From the NCBI RefSeq assembly GCF_031179985.1, contig NZ_JAPSHJ010000013.1, positions 12,710-76,709 on the forward strand: a stretch of DNA of 64,000 nucleotides. Reading direction: 5' to 3'. Positions 47,680-56,595 of the stretch are shown piece after piece. This DNA is from Arthrobacter sp. Its GTDB lineage: Bacteria > Actinomycetota > Actinomycetes > Actinomycetales > Micrococcaceae. How positions within the stretch are numbered: position 1 is the first letter of the stretch; each line of letters starts with the position of its first letter. Below the pieces are notes generated by a model that saw only the letters and a list, made by a program, of their open reading frames with translations, did no database searches and was not told where the DNA came from. The position numbers and the translations under genes are program-made.

Positions 47680-50373
47680 ATGATTCATTCAGACGCCGCC
47701 ACTCTCCCCGGCCTCAGACGCCCACAGGTTTTGCAGGGCGAGCACGTCCCCAACGGCATGTCGGCGTACTGCAGAAAGCCCTTGGTGGATGAGGTTCTGG
47801 CGGCTCTGGCGCAGGGCCAGAACCTCGGCGTGGTCTTGGTGGGGACCTACGGGACAGGAAAGACCTATCTGGCGCGGCAGGCGCTCGATCGACTCGACGG
47901 GCAGGCCTTCGTTGTTCAAATCCGGGGGAGTTCCGCCGCTGATGCCATGCCATACGGCGCCCTGAGTTCGTTGTTGTGCGAACTGGATGAAGACCTGGTC
48001 ACCAGCCCATTGGCCGTACTCAGGGGAATAACGCAACTTCTGCGGCGCAGGGCGGACGGAAAGAGCATCCTCGTGTTTGTGGACAACGTCCAGGACCTCG
48101 ATGAACTTGCCGCAGTGGTCCTCACCCAGCTGGCGGCCAACGGAACGGTGCAGCTCGTCGTCACCTGCCAGGATCTGCCCAAGGCTCCACGTGGGATCGT
48201 GGGGCTGTGGAAGGACGGATTGTTGCACCGCGTGGATGTACGCCCCTTCAGCCAGCCGGACGTAGCGCAGTGGCTGGAAGCAACGCTTGGCGGACCCGTA
48301 TCATTGGCCTGCAGCGAGGTGCTGTACAACGCCAGCGGCGGGAACCCACGCTTTCTGGAAGCCATCCTGCACGAGCAGACCCGGGCGGCCACTCTGGTGC
48401 ATTCCGACGGCGTCTGGGTGCTGACGGGCAAGCCGCTTGCTTACAGCCGGACCATGACAGATACGGTCTTCACTGCCCTCAGTTCCATTTCCGCTGCTGA
48501 GAAGCACGTGACCGAAGTGCTGGCCTTGGCGGGAACCCTGACCCTTGACCATCTCATCAGCGTCAGCGATCCGGCGGCCATTGATGCCCTGCAGCAACGC
48601 GGGTACCTCACCGTAGTGCACGGCGATCCATCGTCGGTTTCCCTCACGAATGCGCTGATGGCCAACGTTGTCCGCAAAGAAGTACCGGCAGGCCGGAGCA
48701 GGGAACTCCTCGCCGGCGTCGTTGCTTGTGCAGATTTCTCCGTTATGCCCCCGTCAGCAGAATTATCCCTGGCCGCATGGGCAGCTGATTGCGGAATGCA
48801 ACTGGAGGCAGATAAGGCTCTCTACGCTGCAGGGCTGGCCAACCGTGCAGGAAACCCGGCCTTGGCCCTCCGCCTCATCGACTTGCTCCATGACCCGGCA
48901 GGGCGGGTTGCAGCTGTGGCGGAAAAGATCAGGGCACTCATCGGGTTGGGTGAGCTGGTGAAGGCGAGGAACCTCGCTTTGGACCCTGCCGCCGTCGCCG
49001 AAGCGCCCTTGAGGCGCTGGGTTGACATCATGCTGCTCCGAAGCGCATTGCTGTGCTCCGATGACAGACCGGAGGCAGATCCGCGTGCGCCGCTGGACGA
49101 AGTCCATGCCCGGCTAAAAGCGGAGGAATCGGGTTCAGACCCTGATGCCCACGGTCTGTTGGATATGCGCGAGGAGCTTTCATTGGCCCAGGCGCAGGTT
49201 GCCGTCCATGATGGCCGGTACCGGGAGGCTCTTTCAGGCCTGACGCGTCTCGTTGATGGTGCGCCAAGCACTGAAGGCCGCACGCTGGCCGCGAGCTTGC
49301 TTGCCGCCCTGTTGGCTCTGACCGGGCGCGGGGCCGAGGCATCATCGCTGATGAGGTCGGTACGGGCGTCGCGCTCAGAAATCGACGTACCGCTGCCTAT
49401 GCACACCTTGCCTGCCTCTGCCCTGTTGGGGTTGCTGCCGGCAGCGTCTACAGCCCACGACGCCGCGGCAGTTGCAGCCGGGTCCAACATCTTCCTGGCG
49501 GCACACGGCGCCACCTCACGGGAGCTTGGAACAGGTGTTCTGGACGCCTACTGCGGACGATCCGAACAGGCTCTGGAACGATTGATCCCCGCCCTGAGCC
49601 AGCTGAAGCAACTGGATCCGGACAGCACGTCCGCATTGGGAGCAGCCTCCATTGCCTACGCGTACGCTTTGCTGGGCGAAAAAGACCTTGCCTTGGAATA
49701 CCTGCAAACGAGCCAGCGGGAGCAAAAACGGACCTCGAGATGGGTACTGAGCGTCTGCTCCTACTTCCAGCTGCTGACCTCCGCTGAACTCGCTTCGAAG
49801 GAAAAGGCAATCGTGCGCCTGTTCGGGCTCGCGGATGAAGCCCGCAGCAGGCACGCCACCGCCCTGGAGCTGATGTTCCTGAGCGCAGCCGTGCGGTTGG
49901 GCAGTAACGGCGGGACTGAGCGCCTGGTGGCGGTTGCGTCCAGCGTCCAGAGCACTCTTGGCCGGCAATGCGAAGCGTATGGAACAGGAGTTATCAAGCG
50001 GAACAGTTCCGCGCTCCTTGAGGTAGCCAGGGAGGCCGCTACCGCAGGAAATGTGGTCTTCGCCAGGGACGCTGCTCGGGCAGCCCTCAAAATTGCGAAC
50101 GATGCTTCTGACAGGAACGCTATCAGGGCCGCGCAGCAGCTGATCCGGGGAGGTGCGCCGGCAGCAGCTGGAGGCGGACACGCGTCCCTGGGGGAGGGGC
50201 AACTGACGGCCCGCGAACATGAGGTGGCAGCCATGGCCGCCGCCGGTGTGAGCAACAAAGACATCGCAGCCAAAATGCATATTTCGGTTCGTACCGTTGA
50301 GGGCCATCTTTACCAGATTTACGGCAAGCTGCAGGTGACCTCACGGGCCGAACTCAGGGAATCATTTGCATAG
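47680..50373 (+). CDS. Large NTPase-LuxR regulator, copy 3
   Basis: GTYGTGKT, VFVDNVQDLD, SGGNP, LTAREHEVA..SNKDIA..SVRTVEGHLYQIYGKL. Confidence 0.93.
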   Translation: MIHSDAATLPGLRRPQVLQGEHVPNGMSAYCRKPLVDEVLAALAQGQNLGVVLVGTYGTGKTYLARQALDRLDGQAFVVQIRGSSAADAMPYGALSSLLCELDEDLVTSPLAVLRGITQLLRRRADGKSILVFVDNVQDLDELAAVVLTQLAANGTVQLVVTCQDLPKAPRGIVGLWKDGLLHRVDVRPFSQPDVAQWLEATLGGPVSLACSEVLYNASGGNPRFLEAILHEQTRAATLVHSDGVWVLTGKPLAYSRTMTDTVFTALSSISAAEKHVTEVLALAGTLTLDHLISVSDPAAIDALQQRGYLTVVHGDPSSVSLTNALMANVVRKEVPAGRSRELLAGVVACADFSVMPPSAELSLAAWAADCGMQLEADKALYAAGLANRAGNPALALRLIDLLHDPAGRVAAVAEKIRALIGLGELVKARNLALDPAAVAEAPLRRWVDIMLLRSALLCSDDRPEADPRAPLDEVHARLKAEESGSDPDAHGLLDMREELSLAQAQVAVHDGRYREALSGLTRLVDGAPSTEGRTLAASLLAALLALTGRGAEASSLMRSVRASRSEIDVPLPMHTLPASALLGLLPAASTAHDAAAVAAGSNIFLAAHGATSRELGTGVLDAYCGRSEQALERLIPALSQLKQLDPDSTSALGAASIAYAYALLGEKDLALEYLQTSQREQKRTSRWVLSVCSYFQLLTSAELASKEKAIVRLFGLADEARSRHATALELMFLSAAVRLGSNGGTERLVAVASSVQSTLGRQCEAYGTGVIKRNSSALLEVAREAATAGNVVFARDAARAALKIANDASDRNAIRAAQQLIRGGAPAAAGGGHASLGEGQLTAREHEVAAMAAAGVSNKDIAAKMHISVRTVEGHLYQIYGKLQVTSRAELRESFA

Positions 50374-51718
50374 CTGACGGAGTCCGACGGAGACTGAGGG
50401 CATCCATGATGGCGGCAACGGCTGCATCCACGCCGACTTCAGCCGTGTTGATGACCAGATCCGCATCAGCCGGCACTTCATAGGGCGAGCTGATTCCGGT
50501 AAATTCCGGAATCTGGCCAGCCCGGGCCCGTGCATAGAGTCCTTTCCTGTCCCGCGCTTCGCACACACTCAGCGGAGTGGACACATGGACCAGGATGAAG
50601 GAGCCCGCCGGAGCCATCGCCCGCACTTCCCGTCGGGTGGAATCAAACGGCGCAATGGGCGCACACACGGCGTCGCCCCCGGAAGCAGCAATCAGCGAAG
50701 CGACCCAGCCGATACGGCGGATGTTCGTTTCCCTGTCCTCCTTTGAGAAGCCGAGCCCCGACGAAAGCAACCGACGGACATCGTCGCCATCGAGTAGTGT
50801 CACAGTCCTCTCACCTGCCGCCTGCAGCCGTTGCGCGAGGGCTCGGGCGATGGTCGATTTTCCCGATCCTGAGAGCCCGGTGAAGAAGACGACGCTACCC
50901 GTAGTGCTGCCTGCCCCCGTGTTGCCCGATACCGGGTGGGCGGGGAGTGACTGGCTTGGGATTGACTGGTTTGGCATTGCCTGGCTTGGACGATGGCCGA
51001 AGCGCGCATGGTCGATGCCGGCCTGTGGCTCATCCGGGACTGTGAAGTCCAGAAGTACATTGGCGCCAAGGTTTCGGAAGACGAGCTCCTGGATCAGCTC
51101 GTCCTCCCGATTGCCCGAACGGGCCGGCGACCGGAGCACCAACAGCCTGGAACTGGAACCGGGAACTTCAGCGGCGCATTGCTCAAGGACAGTCATCAAC
51201 TCCAGCGCTGTATACCGCCCGTGCTGCTGCGGACCGGTAACAGCCACCAGGCAGAGGTCTGCGTTGCGGCTTGCGGCGACGGAAACTGCGCGGGCCATCT
51301 GGGCTGCCAGCGGGGGCTTGGAGAAGGCGGACACAACGAACTTCCGGCCAGCAGCGGAAGCCAGTGGTTCTGTTATGCGCAAGTGTCTGAGAGGCGGATG
51401 CTCTGCTGCCTTAAGCGGGCTCAAGGCCCCTGCGAGGTAGATTCCCGTCCCCGGAGCTGACTCGAAGCCGGAAACTGTCAGGAGGGCCAGGGGGGTGCCG
51501 TCCGGATCGCATAGCAGCAGCGCAGATTCCCGTACGGCGCGTTCGCCCACCGAACGGGGCAGCAACAAGGTCACCGCGGTGGGCCAACGGACCGGAACAC
51601 TGGAGGGCAGGCAGTATCCGTGGGCGGGAGCGTACAAGCCACCCAGAAGGAGCTCAAGCTCATCCAAGGCACCGTCCGAAAGTACGTGCCACGGAAGGGC
51701 GCCCGCATGGGGGGTCAT
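50354..51718 (-). CDS. cysC: Adenylyl-sulfate kinase with an N-terminal degenerate Sat-type ATP-sulfurylase region
   Basis: C-terminal FFTGLSGSGKST, LLDGDDVR, GFSKEDRETNIRRIG, CEARDRKGLY, FTGISSPYEVP; N-terminal LDELELLLGG.YAP..CDPDGTPLALL PUA-like segment. Confidence 0.9.
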   Translation of the reverse strand: MTPHAGALPWHVLSDGALDELELLLGGLYAPAHGYCLPSSVPVRWPTAVTLLLPRSVGERAVRESALLLCDPDGTPLALLTVSGFESAPGTGIYLAGALSPLKAAEHPPLRHLRITEPLASAAGRKFVVSAFSKPPLAAQMARAVSVAASRNADLCLVAVTGPQQHGRYTALELMTVLEQCAAEVPGSSSRLLVLRSPARSGNREDELIQELVFRNLGANVLLDFTVPDEPQAGIDHARFGHRPSQAMPNQSIPSQSLPAHPVSGNTGAGSTTGSVVFFTGLSGSGKSTIARALAQRLQAAGERTVTLLDGDDVRRLLSSGLGFSKEDRETNIRRIGWVASLIAASGGDAVCAPIAPFDSTRREVRAMAPAGSFILVHVSTPLSVCEARDRKGLYARARAGQIPEFTGISSPYEVPADADLVINTAEVGVDAAVAAIMDALSLRRTPSAMQMIP

Positions 51719-52689
51719 GGCTGCCTCTCCATCGAGTGGAGGGTGTGAGTTGCCGATGGTGCTGCGCTGCGGCGTTGGCGCATCTCGCTCGTGGCCAGGG
51801 CGGGAAATCCTTTCGAACGCCGAATGGCCATCCAGACGAACGGCGCCACCAGGACTGCTCCTGCCAGTAATATGGCTGTGGGGAGCGTGTCCACTCCCAG
51901 CATTTTCAGGCCGGAGGCAAACAGGACCACTGCAAGCGCCCTGCGAATGAATCCGCCGTTAAGTCGGCTCGAGAGTTGTGCACCCAAAAAGACGCCCGGC
52001 ACGCTTCCGAGGATCAGGGGAAGCGTCAGTTCGAGGCTGAGCTCACCGAAAAGGGAATGACTGACGGCGGCGGCGGCCACCAGGGGGACAGCCTGTACAA
52101 GGTCCGTTCCTACCAGCTGACCGGCTTTCAGCCCCGGATAAATCATCATCAGCCCGATGATAATGAGTGAACCGGAACCCACTGACGTCATCCCGACCAC
52201 CAGACCGCCGAACACGCCCAGGACTATGGTTACCAGGGGGCGGGCGGATATCAAGGGACGTGCGTGCGGAAGACCGGTGCCCTGTCCGCTCCGGCTTTTA
52301 GCCCGCTCCTGGAGCCTCAGGTACGCCCGGACTGCCAGGAGGCCAGCGGCAAGCAGCAGGGCCGCTCCCAGAGCTGTTTTAACTGTCGTCTGAGCGGCAT
52401 CTCCTGGTCCCAGCCATTTCAGGATCAACACACCGCTGAAGGCTGCCGGGACAGAGCCAATTATCAGCCACTTCACGAGCTCAAGGTTGACGGTGCCGCG
52501 GCGGAGGTGGACTGCCGATCCAACAGGTTTCATGACAGCGCTCGCCACCAGATCACTGGATACCGCAGCCAGGGGCGGAACCCCAAAAACCAGCACGAGT
52601 ACAGGAGTCATCAGCGCGCCACCACCCATGCCGGTAAGACCGACCACTATTCCCACGCCGAAGGCGGCGAACACCAGCATCATGTCCAT
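51715..52689 (-). CDS. TauE/SafE-family (sulfite/sulfate) permease
   Basis: VGLTGMGGGALMTPVLV, AVSSDL, GMTSVGSGSL, LVGTDL.QAVPL, GSVPGV.LGA; start uncertain. Confidence 0.92.
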   Translation of the reverse strand: MDMMLVFAAFGVGIVVGLTGMGGGALMTPVLVLVFGVPPLAAVSSDLVASAVMKPVGSAVHLRRGTVNLELVKWLIIGSVPAAFSGVLILKWLGPGDAAQTTVKTALGAALLLAAGLLAVRAYLRLQERAKSRSGQGTGLPHARPLISARPLVTIVLGVFGGLVVGMTSVGSGSLIIIGLMMIYPGLKAGQLVGTDLVQAVPLVAAAAVSHSLFGELSLELTLPLILGSVPGVFLGAQLSSRLNGGFIRRALAVVLFASGLKMLGVDTLPTAILLAGAVLVAPFVWMAIRRSKGFPALATSEMRQRRSAAPSATHTLHSMERQP

Positions 52690-53115
52690 AAGAGCAGATT
52701 TTGTCACTGCAGGGACCCGCCGGAAATGCGTAGGGGCGGTAGGGAAAGGCAGTACTTTCGGCGGGGGAACAAGTAGTGTCTGCAGCGCTTTCCACAACCC
52801 GGGCGGCGCCGGGCAGACCCGCTCACAGCGCTTCGAAACACTAAATCAGAAGCTCGGCAGAACCAACAGGTAGTTCCCGGATCCACTGTGCCGGCAGACA
52901 GGTAATAGCGGCCCCCGAGTGCGTAAGCAGCCCCCCAAAGACGAGTATGGGCTACCCATGTGCGCCAACGCCGGCCCGCCTACGCTTTTGGTATCAAGTC
53001 ATCCACGCACCGGGTCCGAAGCAGGTCTCACAATGCGCACCAGTAACCCTTTTTCCCCTTTCCTTCCGGTCACTCCCGAAATCGCCCCGCACAGCAATCT
53101 GCGGGTCCCCAGGAC

Positions 53116-53177
53116 GGGGCCGACGGCGTTGAAGTCTTCTGAGACCAAGACTTCTCCCCCCAGTCGTCGTCGGCCCC
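53116..53177 (+). other. Strong two-part hairpin in the 5' region of the polysaccharide operon
   Basis: GGGGCCGACGGCG..CGTCGTCGGCCCC (13 bp, one G-U) enclosing GAAGTCTT-N8-AAGACTTC. Confidence 0.6.
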
Positions 53178-53210
53178 CCAAGCTTTACCCGGCCCGTTAG
53201 GACGGCCCCC

Positions 53211-54758
53211 ATGAGTCCATTGGACGAATCCGCTTTCATGGGCCCGGGCCTGAAACTGGGCCCACACCCGCACAGCTACCCGGAACGTGGCAGTTCACGC
53301 CTCGAGCAATCGAGCCAGCAGACCAAAACCACAGGCCTCAGATGGGCCGGCCGTTACCAGCGGATTCTGTTCCTGTCGGATGCGCTGGTGCTGGCCGTTG
53401 TTGCTGCTGCCGCCCAAGTGGGCAGATTTGGCTTTGACGACAGAGACGTTACGGTCGGATTTTTCGAAGTCGCCTACACCTACCTCTCCATCGGGATCGC
53501 AGCCGCCTGGATGGTGGTGCTTGGTATTTACCGCACACGTGATCCCCGGGTAGTGGGGGTTGGCGCCGAAGAGTACAAGCGCGTCATCAGCGCCACCGTC
53601 ACCCTGTTGGGGCTTGTGGCAATTCTTTGTGCAGTCCTCAAAATTGACGTGGCCAGAGGCTACTTCGCGCTCGCCTTCCCGTTAGGGATCGTGGGGTTGA
53701 TCTCCTCGCGCTGGATTCTGCGCCAGTGGCTCACCAAGCAACGGACATTCGGGCATTATTTGTCGCGCGTCATCGTCCTGGGCCGTGGAAAGGACGTCCG
53801 CTACGTCATCAACCAGATCCAGAAAAAATCAGGCGCTGCATATGAAGTGGTGGGCGCAGCGTTGCCACACGCGGAGGAAAGGGAATTCCTCATTACCGGA
53901 TCAGGTCCGGTTCCTGTGGTGGCCACCGTGGGCACAGTCGTGGAGGCGGTTGAGCGCCTTGAGGCGGACGCCGTGATTGTGGCAGGACCGGTCAAGGGCG
54001 GCAGCAAGTACGTTCAACGGCTGGGTTGGAAGCTGGAGGAATCCGCGACGGAACTGGTGCTGGCCACCGGGTTGACGAACGTGGCCGGCCCCAGAATCCA
54101 TTCCCGCCCGGTTGAGGGACTTCCGCTGATGCATGTGGAGCTTCCACGCTACTCAGGAGCGAAGCACGTCCTCAAGAGGCTCCTGGACATTGTTCTCTCC
54201 GCTATGGCCTTGATCGTCCTGCTTCCTGTTTTCGCGGTCCTCGCATTCCTGATCAAGCGGGACAGTGATGGCCCTGTGATCTTCCGTCAGGAAAGGATTG
54301 GCCAGGGCGGCAAGAAGTTCCTGATGTACAAGTTCCGGTCAATGGTGCAGACGGCCGAGGATGACCTTGCCGGACTTCTGGACCAGAACGAGGGCTCCGG
54401 TGTCCTGTTTAAGATGCGTCATGACCCACGCGTCACGGATGTCGGACGCTGGATGCGCAAATACTCGCTCGACGAACTGCCCCAATTCTGGAATGTGCTG
54501 CTGGGGGACATGAGCCTGGTAGGCCCGCGGCCGCCTCTGCAGCGGGAAGTGGATGGCTATAAGGCCCGTGTCCACAGGAGGCTTTACATCAAGCCAGGCC
54601 TGACAGGAATGTGGCAGATCAACGGACGGTCCGAGCTCAACTGGCAGGACAGCATCCGACTGGACCTCTACTACGTCGAAAACTGGTCACTTGCCGGCGA
54701 CATCATCATCCTGTGGCGGACCGTCAAAATGCTCATCAACCCACAGGGAGCGTACTGA
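53211..54758 (+). CDS. Priming polyprenyl-phosphate sugar-1-phosphate transferase (WcaJ/CpsE/WbaP family)
   Basis: N-terminal TMs, CoA_binding_3-like region, [76 protein letters not shown]. Confidence 0.96.
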   Translation: MSPLDESAFMGPGLKLGPHPHSYPERGSSRLEQSSQQTKTTGLRWAGRYQRILFLSDALVLAVVAAAAQVGRFGFDDRDVTVGFFEVAYTYLSIGIAAAWMVVLGIYRTRDPRVVGVGAEEYKRVISATVTLLGLVAILCAVLKIDVARGYFALAFPLGIVGLISSRWILRQWLTKQRTFGHYLSRVIVLGRGKDVRYVINQIQKKSGAAYEVVGAALPHAEEREFLITGSGPVPVVATVGTVVEAVERLEADAVIVAGPVKGGSKYVQRLGWKLEESATELVLATGLTNVAGPRIHSRPVEGLPLMHVELPRYSGAKHVLKRLLDIVLSAMALIVLLPVFAVLAFLIKRDSDGPVIFRQERIGQGGKKFLMYKFRSMVQTAEDDLAGLLDQNEGSGVLFKMRHDPRVTDVGRWMRKYSLDELPQFWNVLLGDMSLVGPRPPLQREVDGYKARVHRRLYIKPGLTGMWQINGRSELNWQDSIRLDLYYVENWSLAGDIIILWRTVKMLINPQGAY

Positions 54759-55678
54759 TGAAGGGCATTCCGATCGATGTGACGCGGCTGACTTTGCTCG
54801 GGGAAATCGCAGCCGTTGCCGGGTCCAGGGCCGATGAAGAGCTGGCGCGCGAGCTGGCCACCGTCGCTGGATCGATGTTGCTCGCCTTCCGGGAATCCGC
54901 GGATGGGGCCGGCTTAGCTGCAGATGAACTGCGTGCTCAGGGTGACGCACGCGCCCAGAAACTGCTGAGCAAGGCCCTGCTTCAGCACCGGCCAGATGAT
55001 GCCGTCCTCTCTGAAGAGGCACCTGACGATCCGGCCCGCCTGTCCGCCCACCGGGTGTGGATCATCGACCCGTTGGACGGAACCAGGGAATTCGCTGAGG
55101 GTCGAAGCGATTGGGCTGTGCATGTTGCGCTGCACTCCCACGGGAGGTTGACCGCTGGAGCGGTTGCCGTTCCCGCATTGGGTTACGTCACTGGCCGCAA
55201 GGACGGGCTATGGGTACGGAAACCCGGCCGGCAGCTTCGAATCGCTGTTTCCCGGTCCCGGCCTCCCCAACTGGCGGAAGCCGTGGCTGGACGACTTGGC
55301 GCAAAACTCGAGCCGATGGGGTCAGCCGGGTACAAAACCTGCGCCGTTATCAGCGGGGAGGTAGATGCCTACCTGCATTCGGGCGGCCAGTTTGAGTGGG
55401 ATTCAGCGGCACCGGTTTTCGCTGCGCGCCAGGCTGGATTGCACGCCAGCCGGGTGGACGGTTCGGAGTTGCTGTACAACCAGAAGTCGCCGAGCCTGCC
55501 TGATCTGCTGATTTGCCACCCAGATATTCGCGACATACTGCTGGTGGCCATTGCGGACGTTCTGAAAGATCCGTCCGGCAGAGGTTCTTTGGCCCAGCGC
55601 GCATCAGGAGAGCGTTCATCAGGACAGCGTCCGTCCGGACAGTCCCGCTATGGGAACGCACAGGACAGGAGAGGCTGA
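54758..55678 (+). CDS. cysQ: 3'(2'),5'-bisphosphate nucleotidase (PAP phosphatase)
   Basis: VLSEE, VWIIDPLDGTREF, DWAVHVAL, VSRSR, MGSAG.K, GQFEWDSAAP; TGATG overlap. Confidence 0.93.
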   Translation: MKGIPIDVTRLTLLGEIAAVAGSRADEELARELATVAGSMLLAFRESADGAGLAADELRAQGDARAQKLLSKALLQHRPDDAVLSEEAPDDPARLSAHRVWIIDPLDGTREFAEGRSDWAVHVALHSHGRLTAGAVAVPALGYVTGRKDGLWVRKPGRQLRIAVSRSRPPQLAEAVAGRLGAKLEPMGSAGYKTCAVISGEVDAYLHSGGQFEWDSAAPVFAARQAGLHASRVDGSELLYNQKSPSLPDLLICHPDIRDILLVAIADVLKDPSGRGSLAQRASGERSSGQRPSGQSRYGNAQDRRG

Positions 55679-56595
55679 TGACTCCCAAAGATCGGCCCAA
55701 GCGCAGGCTGACGCAGCTCGAAGTGCTGGAGTCGGAGGCGATCTTCATCATCCGCGAAGTGGTCGCCGAGACGGACAATCCGGCGATGCTGTTCTCCGGA
55801 GGCAAGGACTCCATGGTGATGCTCCATCTCGCCGTGAAGGCCTTCGCCCCAGGATCCGTGCCGTTTTCCCTCCTTCACGTGGATACCGGGCACAACTTTC
55901 CGGAAGTTCTGGAGTTCAGGGACCGCTGTGTAGGTAAGTACTTGCTGAACCTCGTGGTGGCCTCTGTCCAGGACGCATTGGACCGCGGCATAGTTCACCA
56001 AGAACCGAACGGCTCGCGCAACAGAATCCAAACGCCTGTGCTGCTCGAAACTGCGCAGAAGAACGGGTTCACCGCATTGCTGGGCGGCGCACGCCGGGAT
56101 GAAGAAAAGGCCCGTGCGAAGGAACGTGTATTTTCGTTCCGGGACGAGTTTGGGCAGTGGGATCCGAAAAACCAGCGCCCCGAGCTGTGGAGCATCTTCA
56201 ACGCCGAGGTCCACCAAGGTGAAAGCATCAGGGTGTTTCCGCTCTCCAACTGGACCGAACTGGACGTCTGGGACTACATCCGCCAAGAGGGCATTGATCT
56301 TCCGTCGATCTACTACGCGCACGAGCGGGAAGTCTTCGAACGCGGGGGCATGCTGTTTGCGGCCAACGAATTCTGCAGGCCTAAAAACGACGAGCCCACG
56401 TCAGTGCAAAAAGTCAGGTACCGGACAGTCGGCGATGCGACCCTGACGGCTGCTGTCCGCTCCGATGCCGACACCGTGGACAAGGTGGTAGCTGAGATAG
56501 CAACCACCCGGATCACGGAGCGCGGTGCGACCCGGGGAGATGACCGCGTCGGTGCAGCGGCCATGGAGGACCGGAAGAAAGAAGGCTACTTCTAA
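55678..56595 (+). CDS. cysD: Sulfate adenylyltransferase subunit 2
   Basis: LESEAIFIIREV, FSGGKDS, HVDTGHNF, GGARRDEEKARAKER, PELW, RVFPLSNWTE, RYRTVGD, MEDRKKEGYF. Confidence 0.98.
   Translation: MTPKDRPKRRLTQLEVLESEAIFIIREVVAETDNPAMLFSGGKDSMVMLHLAVKAFAPGSVPFSLLHVDTGHNFPEVLEFRDRCVGKYLLNLVVASVQDALDRGIVHQEPNGSRNRIQTPVLLETAQKNGFTALLGGARRDEEKARAKERVFSFRDEFGQWDPKNQRPELWSIFNAEVHQGESIRVFPLSNWTELDVWDYIRQEGIDLPSIYYAHEREVFERGGMLFAANEFCRPKNDEPTSVQKVRYRTVGDATLTAAVRSDADTVDKVVAEIATTRITERGATRGDDRVGAAAMEDRKKEGYF

Noticed and set aside
53029-53200. Small ORF (MRTSNPFSPFLPVT...) as a leader peptide of the polysaccharide operon
   Set aside because: No clear RBS, no Cys/Met enrichment or recognisable motif; the hairpin explains the sequence better. 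Ribo-seq would settle it.
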